A stretch of 64,000 bases of DNA from Frankiales bacterium (GTDB lineage Bacteria > Actinomycetota > Actinomycetes > Mycobacteriales > SCTD01): NCBI GenBank assembly GCA_025465145.1, contig JAODNS010000167.1, forward strand, positions 2,621-66,620, given 5' to 3'. The notes under the pieces were generated by a model. That model was given only the letters and a program-made list of their open reading frames with translations. It did not search any database and had not been told where the DNA came from. Positions 39,898 through 49,543 of this stretch are shown piece after piece. The position numbers and the translations under genes are program-made. The first letter of the stretch is position 1, and each line of letters starts with the position of its first letter.

Positions 39898-41346
39898 TCA
39901 CCTCTTCGCCGCCACGATGTCGCTGCCGGACAGCCGTCCCAGGATGGCGCCCTTGAGCACGGACGTGGAGCCGACGTACGTGCCGAAGTACGTCCCGACG
40001 ATCTCCCCGGCGGCGTAGAGCCCGGGGATGACGCTGCCGCCGGTGTCGATGACCGAGCCGCACTCGTTGACCTTGAGGCCTCCGAAGGTGAAGACGTTGG
40101 CGCACGCGATAGGGTACGCCTTGAACGGCCCCGTGCCGATCTGCCTGCTCCAGTTGGACTTCGGCACCTCGAGATCCGATGTCCGCAACCCGTCGAGTGT
40201 CAGCGGTGAGAACCCTGCGGGGTCGGGGCAGGAGGCATTGAACTCGTCGACCGTTGCGAGGAGCGCTGCCTTGGGCACCTGCAGCAGCCCGGCGAGCTGC
40301 TCGAGGGTCTGCGCCACGATGGCGGGCTGGTCGGTGCGGATGCCCAGCTTGTGGTTGGGGACGTCCTCGACCCCGGCGTCCAGGATGATCCAGGCCTGAC
40401 CCCCTGGCTGCTCGAGGACGCGACGCGTGATCGCCTCGTACGTCGCGTCGACCCGCCCGGGTGCCTCGTCGGTGAACCTCTTGCCGTCTGCGTTGACCAG
40501 GATCCCGTACGGGAAGATGAACAGCGCCGGCTCGGCCACCCCTGACCGCGGATCGATCGGCTCGGCGTGGAAGAGGTTGAAGTCACCGCTGGTCGTGGCG
40601 CCAGCGCGCAGCGCCATCTCGATGCCCTCACCCCGGTTGTAGTAGCCGCCGCGCGCGATCGGCCTGGCGAAGTTGGCGCGGTCGACGTAGCGGGACAGCA
40701 TCTCAGGGTTGCCTTCGAAGCCGCCGCAGGCGAGTACCACCTGATCCGCCACGATCGTCGTGGCTCGGCCGGCACTCCGGCACCGCAGCCCGGCCACCCG
40801 GCCGTCCTCGTCGAGGACCAAGTCCACCGCCTGCGTCTCGTAGTGGATGTCGATCGCGTGCTGGAGCGCTTTGGCCGTCAGGGCCTCGACCAGCGCGGCG
40901 CCGCCTCCGACCGGCGCGAGCCGCGTCGTCGACACCGTGATGAACGGCGGGGACGCCTCGCTAAAAGCCACCCCCTGGGTCTGCAGCCACTTCAGGGTGG
41001 GTCCCGCGGCAGCCGCCCAGGCAGAGATGACAGCGGGGTCGACGATGTTGAGCGTCTTCGACACCGCCGTGCGGCGCGACGCGCCGTACAGCAGCTCACC
41101 CGCGATGGCCGGGTCCACGTTGTAACCCATGGCCCCGTGGAAGCGCTCCTCGAAGTCGTCCGACACCTCGTCGACGGACTTCATGCGCAGAAAGGCTTCG
41201 GTGTACCTCGTGTTGCCCCCCGCCTCCGGGGCCGTGGCGCGGTCGATGAGCGCGACCGAGAGGCCGGCCTCGGCGATGGTGACGGCGGCCGTGAGCCCCG
41301 CGACACCCATGCCGACCACCGCGGCGTCGTACGTCTTCCCTGGCAC
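39898..41346 (-). CDS. FAD-dependent oxidoreductase, tricarballylate dehydrogenase TcuA-like
   Basis: A 482-aa ORF with YDAAVVGMGVAGLTAA (GxGxxG), GGNTRYTEAFLRM, LACGGFEGNPEML, the C-terminal FTFGGLKVNECGSVI and GLYAAGE. This is the fumarate-reductase/TcuA-type flavoprotein layout. Confidence 0.8.
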   Translation of the reverse strand: MPGKTYDAAVVGMGVAGLTAAVTIAEAGLSVALIDRATAPEAGGNTRYTEAFLRMKSVDEVSDDFEERFHGAMGYNVDPAIAGELLYGASRRTAVSKTLNIVDPAVISAWAAAAGPTLKWLQTQGVAFSEASPPFITVSTTRLAPVGGGAALVEALTAKALQHAIDIHYETQAVDLVLDEDGRVAGLRCRSAGRATTIVADQVVLACGGFEGNPEMLSRYVDRANFARPIARGGYYNRGEGIEMALRAGATTSGDFNLFHAEPIDPRSGVAEPALFIFPYGILVNADGKRFTDEAPGRVDATYEAITRRVLEQPGGQAWIILDAGVEDVPNHKLGIRTDQPAIVAQTLEQLAGLLQVPKAALLATVDEFNASCPDPAGFSPLTLDGLRTSDLEVPKSNWSRQIGTGPFKAYPIACANVFTFGGLKVNECGSVIDTGGSVIPGLYAAGEIVGTYFGTYVGSTSVLKGAILGRLSGSDIVAAKR

Positions 41347-41376
41347 AGCTCATCTCCTCGCGGTCGGGTCGACCGG

Positions 41377-41994
41377 TCAGGCCCGGTCAGCCAGCAGGCT
41401 CACGAAGTCCTGCGTCGAGATCACATGCGCGAACGCCGGCAGCGTCGACTGGATGGAATGGGTGTGCAGGGGCTCCGGGGCGGCGCAGGCGTCCGCGATC
41501 ACTGTGGTCTGGAAGCCCCGGTCGGCCGCCTCCCGCACGCCTGACTCCACCGCGAGGTGGGTCGCGACGCCCGCGATGTACAGCTGCGTCAGACCCCGCG
41601 AGGTGAGCACGGCGTGCAGGGCGGTCGACGCGAACGGGCTCACCGACCCCTTGCTGACCACGAGCTCGTCGTCCGCGGGCGTGACCTCCTCGCAGAACTC
41701 GGCGGACGCCGACCCGAGGAGGAAGCGCCGGTTCTTCTCGTGGTCGTCGAACCGGGCTGTGCGGTTGGTGCGTGCGGCGTAGGCCGGGTCGAACCCGAGT
41801 CGGACGTGGATGACCTCGACTCCGGCCTTGCGGGCAGCTGCCAGGCAGACCCCCGCGTTCGCAAGGACGTTGCCTTCGTCGACCGCGGTGGACAGCGGCG
41901 TGGGATCCGGCGACCCCTTGCACAGGCCGTTCTGCAGGTCGACGAGCAGCAGCACCTGTCGACCGCCCGCTCCTGGACTCACCATGCGCTCCAA
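41377..41994 (-). CDS. isochorismatase-family cysteine hydrolase
   Basis: A 205-aa ORF with VLLLVDLQNG and LYIAGVATHLAVESGVREAADRGFQTTVIADAC. Confidence 0.8.
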   Translation of the reverse strand: MERMVSPGAGGRQVLLLVDLQNGLCKGSPDPTPLSTAVDEGNVLANAGVCLAAARKAGVEVIHVRLGFDPAYAARTNRTARFDDHEKNRRFLLGSASAEFCEEVTPADDELVVSKGSVSPFASTALHAVLTSRGLTQLYIAGVATHLAVESGVREAADRGFQTTVIADACAAPEPLHTHSIQSTLPAFAHVISTQDFVSLLADRA

Positions 41995-42773
41995 CCTCCG
42001 TCTGCATACAGGACCTGGCCTGTGACGTAACGAGACGCCGACGACGCCAGAAAGGCAACCACCCCGGCCAGATCAGCCTCGGGGTCCCCGAGCCGCCCAA
42101 CCATGGTGCGCGCGCTCCTCTGCGCGAGCCGCTCCGGTGACGCTGCGAGCGGTGCCGTCATCTCCGTCGGGTAGAAGACTCCCGGGGCTAGGCAGTTGAC
42201 CCGCACTCCCTGTGGACCCCACTCCATCGCCAGACCCCTACTGAGGTTGGCGACCCCTGCCTTTGAGGCGTAGTACGCCGACTCGGGGATCGGCCCGACG
42301 ATCTGCGCGTACAGGGTGGACGTGTTGACGATGCTGCCGCGACCGGCGGCCAGCATGCCGACGGCCACGGCCCGGTTGAGCAGCCACGTGCCGGTCAGGT
42401 TGATGTCAATGACGCGCTGCCAATCCGACAGCTCCGTGCCGATGGCCGGACCACGGAGCATGACGCCGGCATGGTGCACCAGCACCGACACCGAGCCCAT
42501 GCGCTCGGAGGCCTGCTGCACGAGGGCGTCTACGTCCGACGAGTTGCTGACGTCGCACGCCACCGCGCTTATTTGGGTGTCGTGACAGCGCTCCTCCACC
42601 GCCTTCACCGTTGCCGCCAGATCCTCCGCCCTCGACGCGATGTCGCTCACGACGAGGGTCGCGCCGAGATCAGCAAGCGCGAGAGCGGTGAAGTGACCGA
42701 GGCCGCCGCGACTCGCCCCCGTGAGCAGGACCGTCTCCCCGGACAGGTCGAACATGCTGCGGTAGTCATCCAT
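41979..42773 (-). CDS. SDR-family oxidoreductase
   Basis: The start MDDYRSMFDLSGETVLLTGASRGGLG is at 42773. The catalytic motif is YYASKAG (YxxxK). The ORF overlaps the upstream gene by 8 nt. Confidence 0.8.
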   Translation of the reverse strand: MDDYRSMFDLSGETVLLTGASRGGLGHFTALALADLGATLVVSDIASRAEDLAATVKAVEERCHDTQISAVACDVSNSSDVDALVQQASERMGSVSVLVHHAGVMLRGPAIGTELSDWQRVIDINLTGTWLLNRAVAVGMLAAGRGSIVNTSTLYAQIVGPIPESAYYASKAGVANLSRGLAMEWGPQGVRVNCLAPGVFYPTEMTAPLAASPERLAQRSARTMVGRLGDPEADLAGVVAFLASSASRYVTGQVLYADGGWSAW

Positions 42774-43704
42774 GGGCGCCGCTGCTCCTCTCCCACTGCT
42801 GCGTGATGGCGTCCTCAACCGCGTCGAAGTCCTCCAGCCTGACAAGCCGCTGTCGCTCGTCCCAGGCGACGAAGTGCTGGTCGCGGCTCGCCGACTCCCC
42901 GGTCTGGTGCAGGTGCCGCAGGATGTCCCCCGCGGTCTTCATCACCGACCGCAGCACGAGATTGGCGTGCAGGATCAGCCGGTAGCCCATGGCGGCGACG
43001 TCCTCTACCGAGAGGTCCGGCGTCACGCCGCCGGGAACGATGTTGATGAGCAGCGGGATCCCGGGCAGCTCGGCCGGGATGCGCCGGACATCCTCCTCGG
43101 TGGGTGGCGCCTCTACGAAGAGCACGTCGGCACCTGCCTCCGCGTAGGCACGTGCGCGCCGCAAGGCCTCGTCGAGTCCGTGCACCGCGACCGCGTCGGT
43201 ACGCGCGATGATGAGGAAGCCCACATCGGAGCGAGCACGGACCGCAGCATCAATCTTGGCCTGCATGGCGCCGGTCTCGATGACGTTCTTGCCGCTGAAG
43301 TGCCCGCACCGCTTGGGCATCGTCTGGTCTTCGATCTGGATGCCGGCGACGCCGACCGTCTCGAGCGTCCGCACTGCGTGCATCACCGTCGTCGGCCCAC
43401 CGAAGCCCGTGTCGATGTCGACGATCAGGGGGACTGTCGTCGCGGCGCAGATGCGCAGCGCCTGCGTCGCGACCATGTCGAAGGACAGAAGACCGACGTC
43501 AGGAGCGCCGAGCTGGGAATTGGACAGGCCGGCCCCCGTGAGGTACAGGGCGCCGAAACCGGCATTCTCGGCGAGAACCGCTGTCAATGCGTCGTAGATG
43601 CCTGGCAGCACGACCGACTCGCCCGCTGCCAATCGGCTGCGCAGGCTAGAGCGCCGCGCCGAGGGGCTGACACCGCTGTGCAGCACTGGCGGCAGCGTCG
43701 TCAC
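42766..43704 (-). CDS. isocitrate lyase/PEP mutase family enzyme (methylisocitrate lyase PrpB-like)
   Basis: A 312-aa ORF with LPGIYDALTA, YLTGAG, IVDIDTGFGG, GIQIEDQTMPKRCGH and IIARTDA, all signature segments of the ICL/PEPM family. Confidence 0.85.
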   Translation of the reverse strand: MTTLPPVLHSGVSPSARRSSLRSRLAAGESVVLPGIYDALTAVLAENAGFGALYLTGAGLSNSQLGAPDVGLLSFDMVATQALRICAATTVPLIVDIDTGFGGPTTVMHAVRTLETVGVAGIQIEDQTMPKRCGHFSGKNVIETGAMQAKIDAAVRARSDVGFLIIARTDAVAVHGLDEALRRARAYAEAGADVLFVEAPPTEEDVRRIPAELPGIPLLINIVPGGVTPDLSVEDVAAMGYRLILHANLVLRSVMKTAGDILRHLHQTGESASRDQHFVAWDERQRLVRLEDFDAVEDAITQQWERSSGAHG

Positions 43705-43761
43705 GGGCGTAGTGCCGCGGCGGGCAGCACCGACGACCGCGTTGCTGAAAGCGACGTCACG

Positions 43762-44826
43762 TCACACATTCCGCGTCCGTGTTGCCGCGAGACGCGACAG
43801 GCCGACCGCCAGCACGAGGACGCCGCCCTGGAAGACGGGCTGGACCCAGAACGGGGCACCGTTCAGCTGGAGTCCGTTGAGGCCCACGCCCACGAACAGG
43901 ATCGCAACAACGGCGCCGATGACGTTGAATCGCCCAGGGGTGTGCACCGTTGCACCCAGGAAGGCTGCGGCGAGCGACGGCAGCAAGAAGTCGGGGCCGA
44001 GCTGCGGTGAGGCAGAGCCGACGCGACCTACCACCAGCACACCGGCGATGGACGCGCTCAGGCCCGAGACCACGAAAGAGGACATGATCAGGGCTCGGGT
44101 CTTGACCCCCGTGAGGCGGGCTGGTTCGCGCCCCAGCCCCGTTGCGTACAGCCGACGACCGAGCAGCGTCTTCGACAGCGCGAACCACATTCCGACCGCG
44201 AGCAGGACCGCAAGGACGGTGATGGCCGGCAGCGGACCGTAGTAGCCCTGACCGAACTGCGTCAGCGCCTTAGGGATGTTGGAGAACAGGACCTCTCCGT
44301 TGCTCAGCAGCAGCGAGATGCCGGAGGCAATCGTTCCCGTGGCGAGCGTGACGATAAAGGAGTTGATGCCGGCGTAGCCGATGAGGATGCCGTTGATCAG
44401 GCCGACACCCAGTCCAACACTAAGGGCGATCAGCAGCGCAGGAAGGAACGGCATGCCCTCGCGACCCGCCAGCACGGCGATCGTAACGGCGGACAGACCG
44501 GTGAGGAATCCCAGCGACAGATCGAACTCACCCACCACCAGCGGGACCAGCGCACCCAGAGTGAGGATCATCAGGATTGCGTTTTCACCTGCGATGTTCT
44601 GGAAGTTGATCGCCGTTGGGAACGTGTCGGTGTTCGTGATCGTGAAGACGATCGCCAACAGGACGAGCGTGACCAGAACCGCGTAACGGCTCAGCAGCGT
44701 TTCCAGAACGTGGGCAGCTCGTCCGCGCCGCGGCGGGGACTGGGGCTCCCCTGACAACTGGGAGAGTGGCCTGCCGGGGTCGGCCGCGACGAGGCTGCCA
44801 CCAGGTTCAGTCATGTGTGTCCTCAT
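43762..44826 (-). CDS. ABC transporter permease (monosaccharide/CUT2-type)
   Basis: A 354-aa polytopic membrane protein resembling RbsC/XylH-type permeases. Confidence 0.85.
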   Translation of the reverse strand: MRTHMTEPGGSLVAADPGRPLSQLSGEPQSPPRRGRAAHVLETLLSRYAVLVTLVLLAIVFTITNTDTFPTAINFQNIAGENAILMILTLGALVPLVVGEFDLSLGFLTGLSAVTIAVLAGREGMPFLPALLIALSVGLGVGLINGILIGYAGINSFIVTLATGTIASGISLLLSNGEVLFSNIPKALTQFGQGYYGPLPAITVLAVLLAVGMWFALSKTLLGRRLYATGLGREPARLTGVKTRALIMSSFVVSGLSASIAGVLVVGRVGSASPQLGPDFLLPSLAAAFLGATVHTPGRFNVIGAVVAILFVGVGLNGLQLNGAPFWVQPVFQGGVLVLAVGLSRLAATRTRNV

Positions 44827-46423
44827 CTCGGGGGGATCCCGCCGCGATCAGCGCTTCGAGCTCTGATACGGACAGGCTTGCAGCGTCGAGCCATCCGCCG
44901 AGACGGCCGTCGCTCACGATGGCGACGGAGTCTGCGACGTCGAGCACCTCCTCCACCTCGGAGGAGATGACCAGCACGGCGGCGCCGGCCGCCGCACGGG
45001 CGCGTAGCATTCCGTGCAGGTGAGCGCGCGCGACGATGTCGACTCCAATGGTGGGCTCGTCGACGATCAGCACCGGCGGGTTCGTGGACACGGCCCGCAG
45101 GAAGACCACCTTCTGCTGATTCCCGCCGCTGAGCATCTTGATCAGCGTCCGCGGCCGCGGGGGCACCACCAAGTGCTCGCGCAGCAGCTGCTCATCAGCC
45201 TTGTGCAGCCGACGCTCGTGCCACAGGCGGGAAAGTTTGTCCGAGCTGTCCGCGGCCACCCGCGCCTGACCCAGGTGCAGGTTCTCCGACAGGCTCATCT
45301 CGTGCACGACGCCCTGCCGTTCGCGGTCCTGCGGCACGTAGCCGATGGCTGCGGAAACGGTGGAGCTTCCGATGTCGCCGAGGCGCTGCCCGTCGTACTG
45401 GATCGTTCCGGAAGTCGGACGCTGCTGACCCGCCATCAGGCGTCCGACTTCGCTCTTACCTGAGCCGACCCGACCCGTGATTCCGAGGATCCGTCCCGCC
45501 ACCAGAGCGAGATCGAGGTCTCGAACGGTGTAACCGGCAACGTTCTCCGCAACAACCCGGACGGCGCCTCGGGGCTCGTCCGCTGCGACCACGGCCGGCG
45601 GCGTCGCCGGAGAACCCTCGGTCAACGTCCCCGCGGAGAAGCCGGCGGCGCCGAAGACGAGGTCGGTCAGTGCGGCCATGGACAAGTCTGCTGTGGGCTC
45701 ATGCGCGACGACGGTGCCGTCCCGCAGCACGACCACCGAGTCTGCTGTCGAGAACACCTCCTCGAAGTGATGCGTGACGAACACGACCGCTACTCCGGAG
45801 GCGGCGATATCGCGGACGTGGCCGAGGAGGACAGCGATCTCCTCACCCGGTAGGGCGGCGGTCACCTCGTCGAGGATGAGCACGGACATCGGGGGAACTC
45901 CGGGCGGCCCGTACGACGCTCTGGCGACGCCGGCGATGACACGTTCGTAGGGACGCAGCTCCCGGACGGGTACGTGGACGTCGAAGGCACCGCTGAAGGA
46001 CTCGACGGCCTTCTGGACCTCGCGACCCCAGGCGCTGCGACGGACACGAGTGCCGTTGCGAAGGTCGTTCTGGCCGAGCATGACGTTGTCGAGGGTGGAG
46101 AAGTCATCGACGAGACCCAGGTCCTGGTGCACCACGCGGAGTCCCGCGTGGTGCACCAGGCGAGGGTCGCACGGCAGTGCGATCTCCTGGCCGTTGACGC
46201 TGAACGCCTTGGCGCGTGCCCCTCGGTGGTACCCCGAGAGGCTCTTGATGACGGAGGACTTCCCGGCGCCGTTCGGCCCGACCAGCGCCGTGACCTCACC
46301 GCCGCCGACAGCCAGGCTGATCCCGCGCAGGACAGGGTTTCCCTGGATCTCCAGCTCGAGGTCGTCGACCTGGAGAAAGACGTCTGCCACTGGTTCCCCT
46401 GCTGGCTGCGCGGGCCTTGTCAT
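44807..46423 (-). CDS. ABC transporter ATP-binding protein with duplicated ATPase domains (RbsA-like)
   Basis: A 538-aa ORF. The first domain has the Walker A motif GPNGAGKSS. The second has GRVGSGKSE, the signature LSGGNQQK and ILDEPT/VDEPT Walker B motifs. Confidence 0.9.
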   Translation of the reverse strand: MTRPAQPAGEPVADVFLQVDDLELEIQGNPVLRGISLAVGGGEVTALVGPNGAGKSSVIKSLSGYHRGARAKAFSVNGQEIALPCDPRLVHHAGLRVVHQDLGLVDDFSTLDNVMLGQNDLRNGTRVRRSAWGREVQKAVESFSGAFDVHVPVRELRPYERVIAGVARASYGPPGVPPMSVLILDEVTAALPGEEIAVLLGHVRDIAASGVAVVFVTHHFEEVFSTADSVVVLRDGTVVAHEPTADLSMAALTDLVFGAAGFSAGTLTEGSPATPPAVVAADEPRGAVRVVAENVAGYTVRDLDLALVAGRILGITGRVGSGKSEVGRLMAGQQRPTSGTIQYDGQRLGDIGSSTVSAAIGYVPQDRERQGVVHEMSLSENLHLGQARVAADSSDKLSRLWHERRLHKADEQLLREHLVVPPRPRTLIKMLSGGNQQKVVFLRAVSTNPPVLIVDEPTIGVDIVARAHLHGMLRARAAAGAAVLVISSEVEEVLDVADSVAIVSDGRLGGWLDAASLSVSELEALIAAGSPRDEDTHD

Positions 46424-47563
46424 TTACCCGATGCCCCAGAGGGCCAGGTACTTGCTCTGGTAGTCGGCGCCATCACCGGCGCCGGTGAACGCCTCGCCCT
46501 TGGCGGGAAGCGTTACCTTGTCGAGCAGCTTGATGGGGAGGTTCTCGGCGGCGAGCGGCTGCTTGTTGAGCAGTCGGATGGCCTGGTCGACGCCGGCCCA
46601 GCCGAGCCATGCCTCAGGGGTGGCGGCATCGGCAACCAGCAGCTTGCCCTCTCGGATGTAGTTCAAGGCGTCGCTGGTCCCGAGCTGGGAGTACATGCGC
46701 TGGGTGAGGCGAGCGTTGATCATGTTGGGAGCGACCACGGTAACGATCGGGTCGAACGGCAGGTACACCGTGTTGATCTCCGGGTTGGACTGCAGCGCCG
46801 TCACCACGCTCTTGGAGACCGACGTGCCGATCTCGGCTGCGGTGAACTTGATGTCCTTGACCACCTTGCACTTGGTGCACTTGGCCACGGTGGCGAGCAT
46901 CGATGCGGTGATGGCCTTGGCGTAGCCAAACTCCTGGTTGTTCATGTTCAGGAGCTTGAGATCGCCCCCGGCGTCGACGACCATCCTGGCGCCAAGCGCC
47001 TCACCCACAGCCTTCGCATCGGGCGTGACGTCGGCGTCGTAGCCGTTAGTCGGGTCCACCGGGTTGTTCTCGATCAGGCTGATCAGCAGAGTGCCCTGCG
47101 CCTTCGCCGCCTTGATGGCGTCGCCGACCAGGCTTGCGTTGATGCCGGTAGCCAGGATGGCGTCCGGCTTGTCGACCAGGAGCGACTTCATGCCGCCGTT
47201 GTACTTGCTGGGCTCGTCAACCACGACGGTCTTCTGCGTCCAGCCGAGCTTCTTCACTGCAGCCTGAATCGCCTCCGTGGGCAGGCGGCAGCCCTCGAGC
47301 GCAAAGCTGCAGCTGAGGATGCCGACCTTCTTCCCGGTCGGGGCCTTGGCCGCCTCCGTAGGGCCGTTCCAAGCCACCGGGGCGGTGTACTTCTGGACGA
47401 GATCCTGGAACTCCGCCAGGTCGCCGCCGGCAGCCGCCGAGGCGCCTGCCGACGCGGCGTCGGTCGAGGGCGCGGCGGTGTCCCCGGCGTCCTTGCTGGA
47501 GGCACACGCGCTGGTGGCGAGCGCCAGGAACGCCAGAGGGGCGGCCCACTTGAGACGGTTCAT
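46424..47563 (-). CDS. ABC transporter substrate-binding lipoprotein (periplasmic-binding-protein type I, RbsB-like)
   Basis: A 379-aa ORF with a strong SD (AGGAGGAAGC) before the ATG. The signal peptide MNRLKWAAPLAFLALATSAC carries a lipobox-like Cys. Confidence 0.85.
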   Translation of the reverse strand: MNRLKWAAPLAFLALATSACASSKDAGDTAAPSTDAASAGASAAAGGDLAEFQDLVQKYTAPVAWNGPTEAAKAPTGKKVGILSCSFALEGCRLPTEAIQAAVKKLGWTQKTVVVDEPSKYNGGMKSLLVDKPDAILATGINASLVGDAIKAAKAQGTLLISLIENNPVDPTNGYDADVTPDAKAVGEALGARMVVDAGGDLKLLNMNNQEFGYAKAITASMLATVAKCTKCKVVKDIKFTAAEIGTSVSKSVVTALQSNPEINTVYLPFDPIVTVVAPNMINARLTQRMYSQLGTSDALNYIREGKLLVADAATPEAWLGWAGVDQAIRLLNKQPLAAENLPIKLLDKVTLPAKGEAFTGAGDGADYQSKYLALWGIG

Positions 47564-47668
47564 GCTTCCTCCTGATCGTGACCAAGTCGGTCCGTCACGG
47601 GATGCTGGAACCGAAACATCTCCGCGTCGGGCGCAACTGTCTAGAGAAACATGTCATCTGTCAACAGT

Positions 47669-47676
47669 CGGACCAA
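47669..47676 (-). promoter_or_regulatory. TTGGTCCG motif, site 3 of 4, next to a TTGACA -35-like box upstream of the ABC operon
   Basis: The minus strand reads AATTTTGGTCCGACTGTTGACAGATGACATG. The motif ends 4 nt before TTGACA, about 100 nt upstream of the SBP ATG. Confidence 0.4.
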
Positions 47677-47680
47677 AATT

Positions 47681-47716
<36 letters not shown>

Positions 47717-48667
47717 ACCGCGCCGGAGTCGAGTCAGCCGGCGGCGCTTGAGGACGTCCGGCGGGAAGAGCCCCGCCATCAAGCGGAGGTCGCTCCACGC
47801 GTTCAGGGGCGCACACGGCGTCGAGGTCCGGCCCGAGGGCCGCGACGATGTCGCGCTCCTGGTCATCGGTATGCGTCTCGATGACGTCACGCGCCGCCGC
47901 GCCGCCGCGCCGGCTGCGGTCAGGCTGCCCCCGGCTCCCAGCCGCAGTCCTCGAGAGACCGGACTGCCCTGTACAGCACAGCCGGCTGCCAGGAACGGGT
48001 GGTGGAGTAGCTCGGGAGCGGGTGACCGAGCCACAGCTCGGTCACGACGTTCATCGCCGACGGGGTCGACGCCGGCGTCGCAGCCCGCGATGACATGACT
48101 GTCCCCCCGGTGCTCCTGTACCAGGTCGCACGCCCACCAGGGCCGATGAACGGCGTCCGCCGGCCGCGCCCGCCCCCGCAGCCGCGCGAACAGCGGCCGG
48201 CCGGTGGCATCGGCCCGCGCCGTCGCCTCGCAGAGGAGCTCAGCGACAGGGCCAAAGTCCTCGCCCTCCAGCACCAGGCCAGGCTGTGCCGCGTCGCCTC
48301 GTCGCGCGTGCGCACGACCAGGTCACGGGACGCCGCAGCGCGTGCCGCTTCGTACACCGACGCCAGCACCTCCGGGTCGAACCACGCGAAGGTGGCCGCC
48401 ACCACGGCGGGCGAGGGGTCGCCGAGGTAGGCAGCCCGCCCGGCGAGTAGGCGCCGAAGAAGTCGAGGCGCAGCCCGGCCCGCGCCGTACTGGTGTGCCG
48501 ACTCCAGACGGCGTGCACAGCGATGGGCTCGCACGCGTCGCGGAGCCGGCGCGCCGGGCTGGCCAGCCGGACCGCCTCAGGCGCCACCGCACGTCGGGAT
48601 CAGAGCCGTAGAAGGTGGCGATCGCCTCGTCGTAATCCATCTGCACTCCTTCGCGCTGCAGTGGCAG

Positions 48668-49543
48668 TCAGGCGAGCCGGGAGCGCTCCTCGTCTCTCAA
48701 GGAGATCTCGGCGACGTGCAGCCCGTCGTCGAACTGCCGCGACGGGTAGCGCTCCCACAGCTTGTTCTCGTGGAACGGGATGATCCTGGGGATGTCTCCG
48801 CCGACAAGCTGGAACATCTCCTCCATGGTGAGCAGGCACTTGGTGATGCTGCCTGAAGCCAGGCCGATGGGGATGAACTGGCCGTTCCCGTCGTGGCCCT
48901 CGAGGTTCTCGTAGGTGGTCACGTTGTCACCCGACAGCACGAAGCGCTCTGAGGTGGGCTGGTCGACGACGACGTACTGAGAGCCCAGGGTGTGGGTGTC
49001 GTGCGAGGGGTTGACCCGGATCCCGGGCAGGATCTGCGCGTCGCCGTCCAGCAACGTGAGCCGGCCCTCCCTCCAGCAGTCCAGCATCGTCAGGAGGTCG
49101 TCGGGGTCGCACGCGACCATCAGCCACTGCAGCCGCTGGGGCAGCGACCTGGTCCAGAGGAACTTGCGGACCTCGATCTCCTGGATGTACACGTGCGCGT
49201 TGGGAAAGGCGTCAACGTTGCCGGCGTGGTCGAAGTGGTTGTGCGTGAGGATGACCGTGTCGACGTCGGCCGGATCAACCCCGAGACGTCCGAGGACCAC
49301 CTCGGGAGGTTGCCATCCGGAGACGCCGTACTCGTCGGCCAGCACGCGGCCGAACTCCGCGTAGTTGTAGCCGGTGTCGACCATGACCGTGTGCTCGTCG
49401 TTCTTCAGCAACGCGTAGCAGAAGGGGAGGATCATCGTCCCCGAGTTGTGTCGGCCGTACAGCGCCCCGCTCACGGGGAACTCCAGCACGCGGGCGTACT
49501 CCGCGATCCAGATCGAGTAGCCGGCCCCAAGGGTGGAGGTCAC
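48668..49543 (-). CDS. MBL-fold metallo-hydrolase (N-acyl-homoserine-lactonase-like)
   Basis: A 291-aa ORF with the HxHxDH motif ILTHNHFDHAGN. A GTG start overlaps the upstream stop (GTGA). Confidence 0.8.
   Translation of the reverse strand: MTSTLGAGYSIWIAEYARVLEFPVSGALYGRHNSGTMILPFCYALLKNDEHTVMVDTGYNYAEFGRVLADEYGVSGWQPPEVVLGRLGVDPADVDTVILTHNHFDHAGNVDAFPNAHVYIQEIEVRKFLWTRSLPQRLQWLMVACDPDDLLTMLDCWREGRLTLLDGDAQILPGIRVNPSHDTHTLGSQYVVVDQPTSERFVLSGDNVTTYENLEGHDGNGQFIPIGLASGSITKCLLTMEEMFQLVGGDIPRIIPFHENKLWERYPSRQFDDGLHVAEISLRDEERSRLA

Noticed and set aside
48323-48646. ORF MQMDYDEAIATFYGSDPDV... as the N-terminus of the decayed gene, or as a separate gene.
   Set aside because: Only the first roughly 19 aa look non-random. 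The family-like sequence starts at the ATG at 48587 in another frame, and the rest of this ORF is Arg/Gly/Pro-rich noise.
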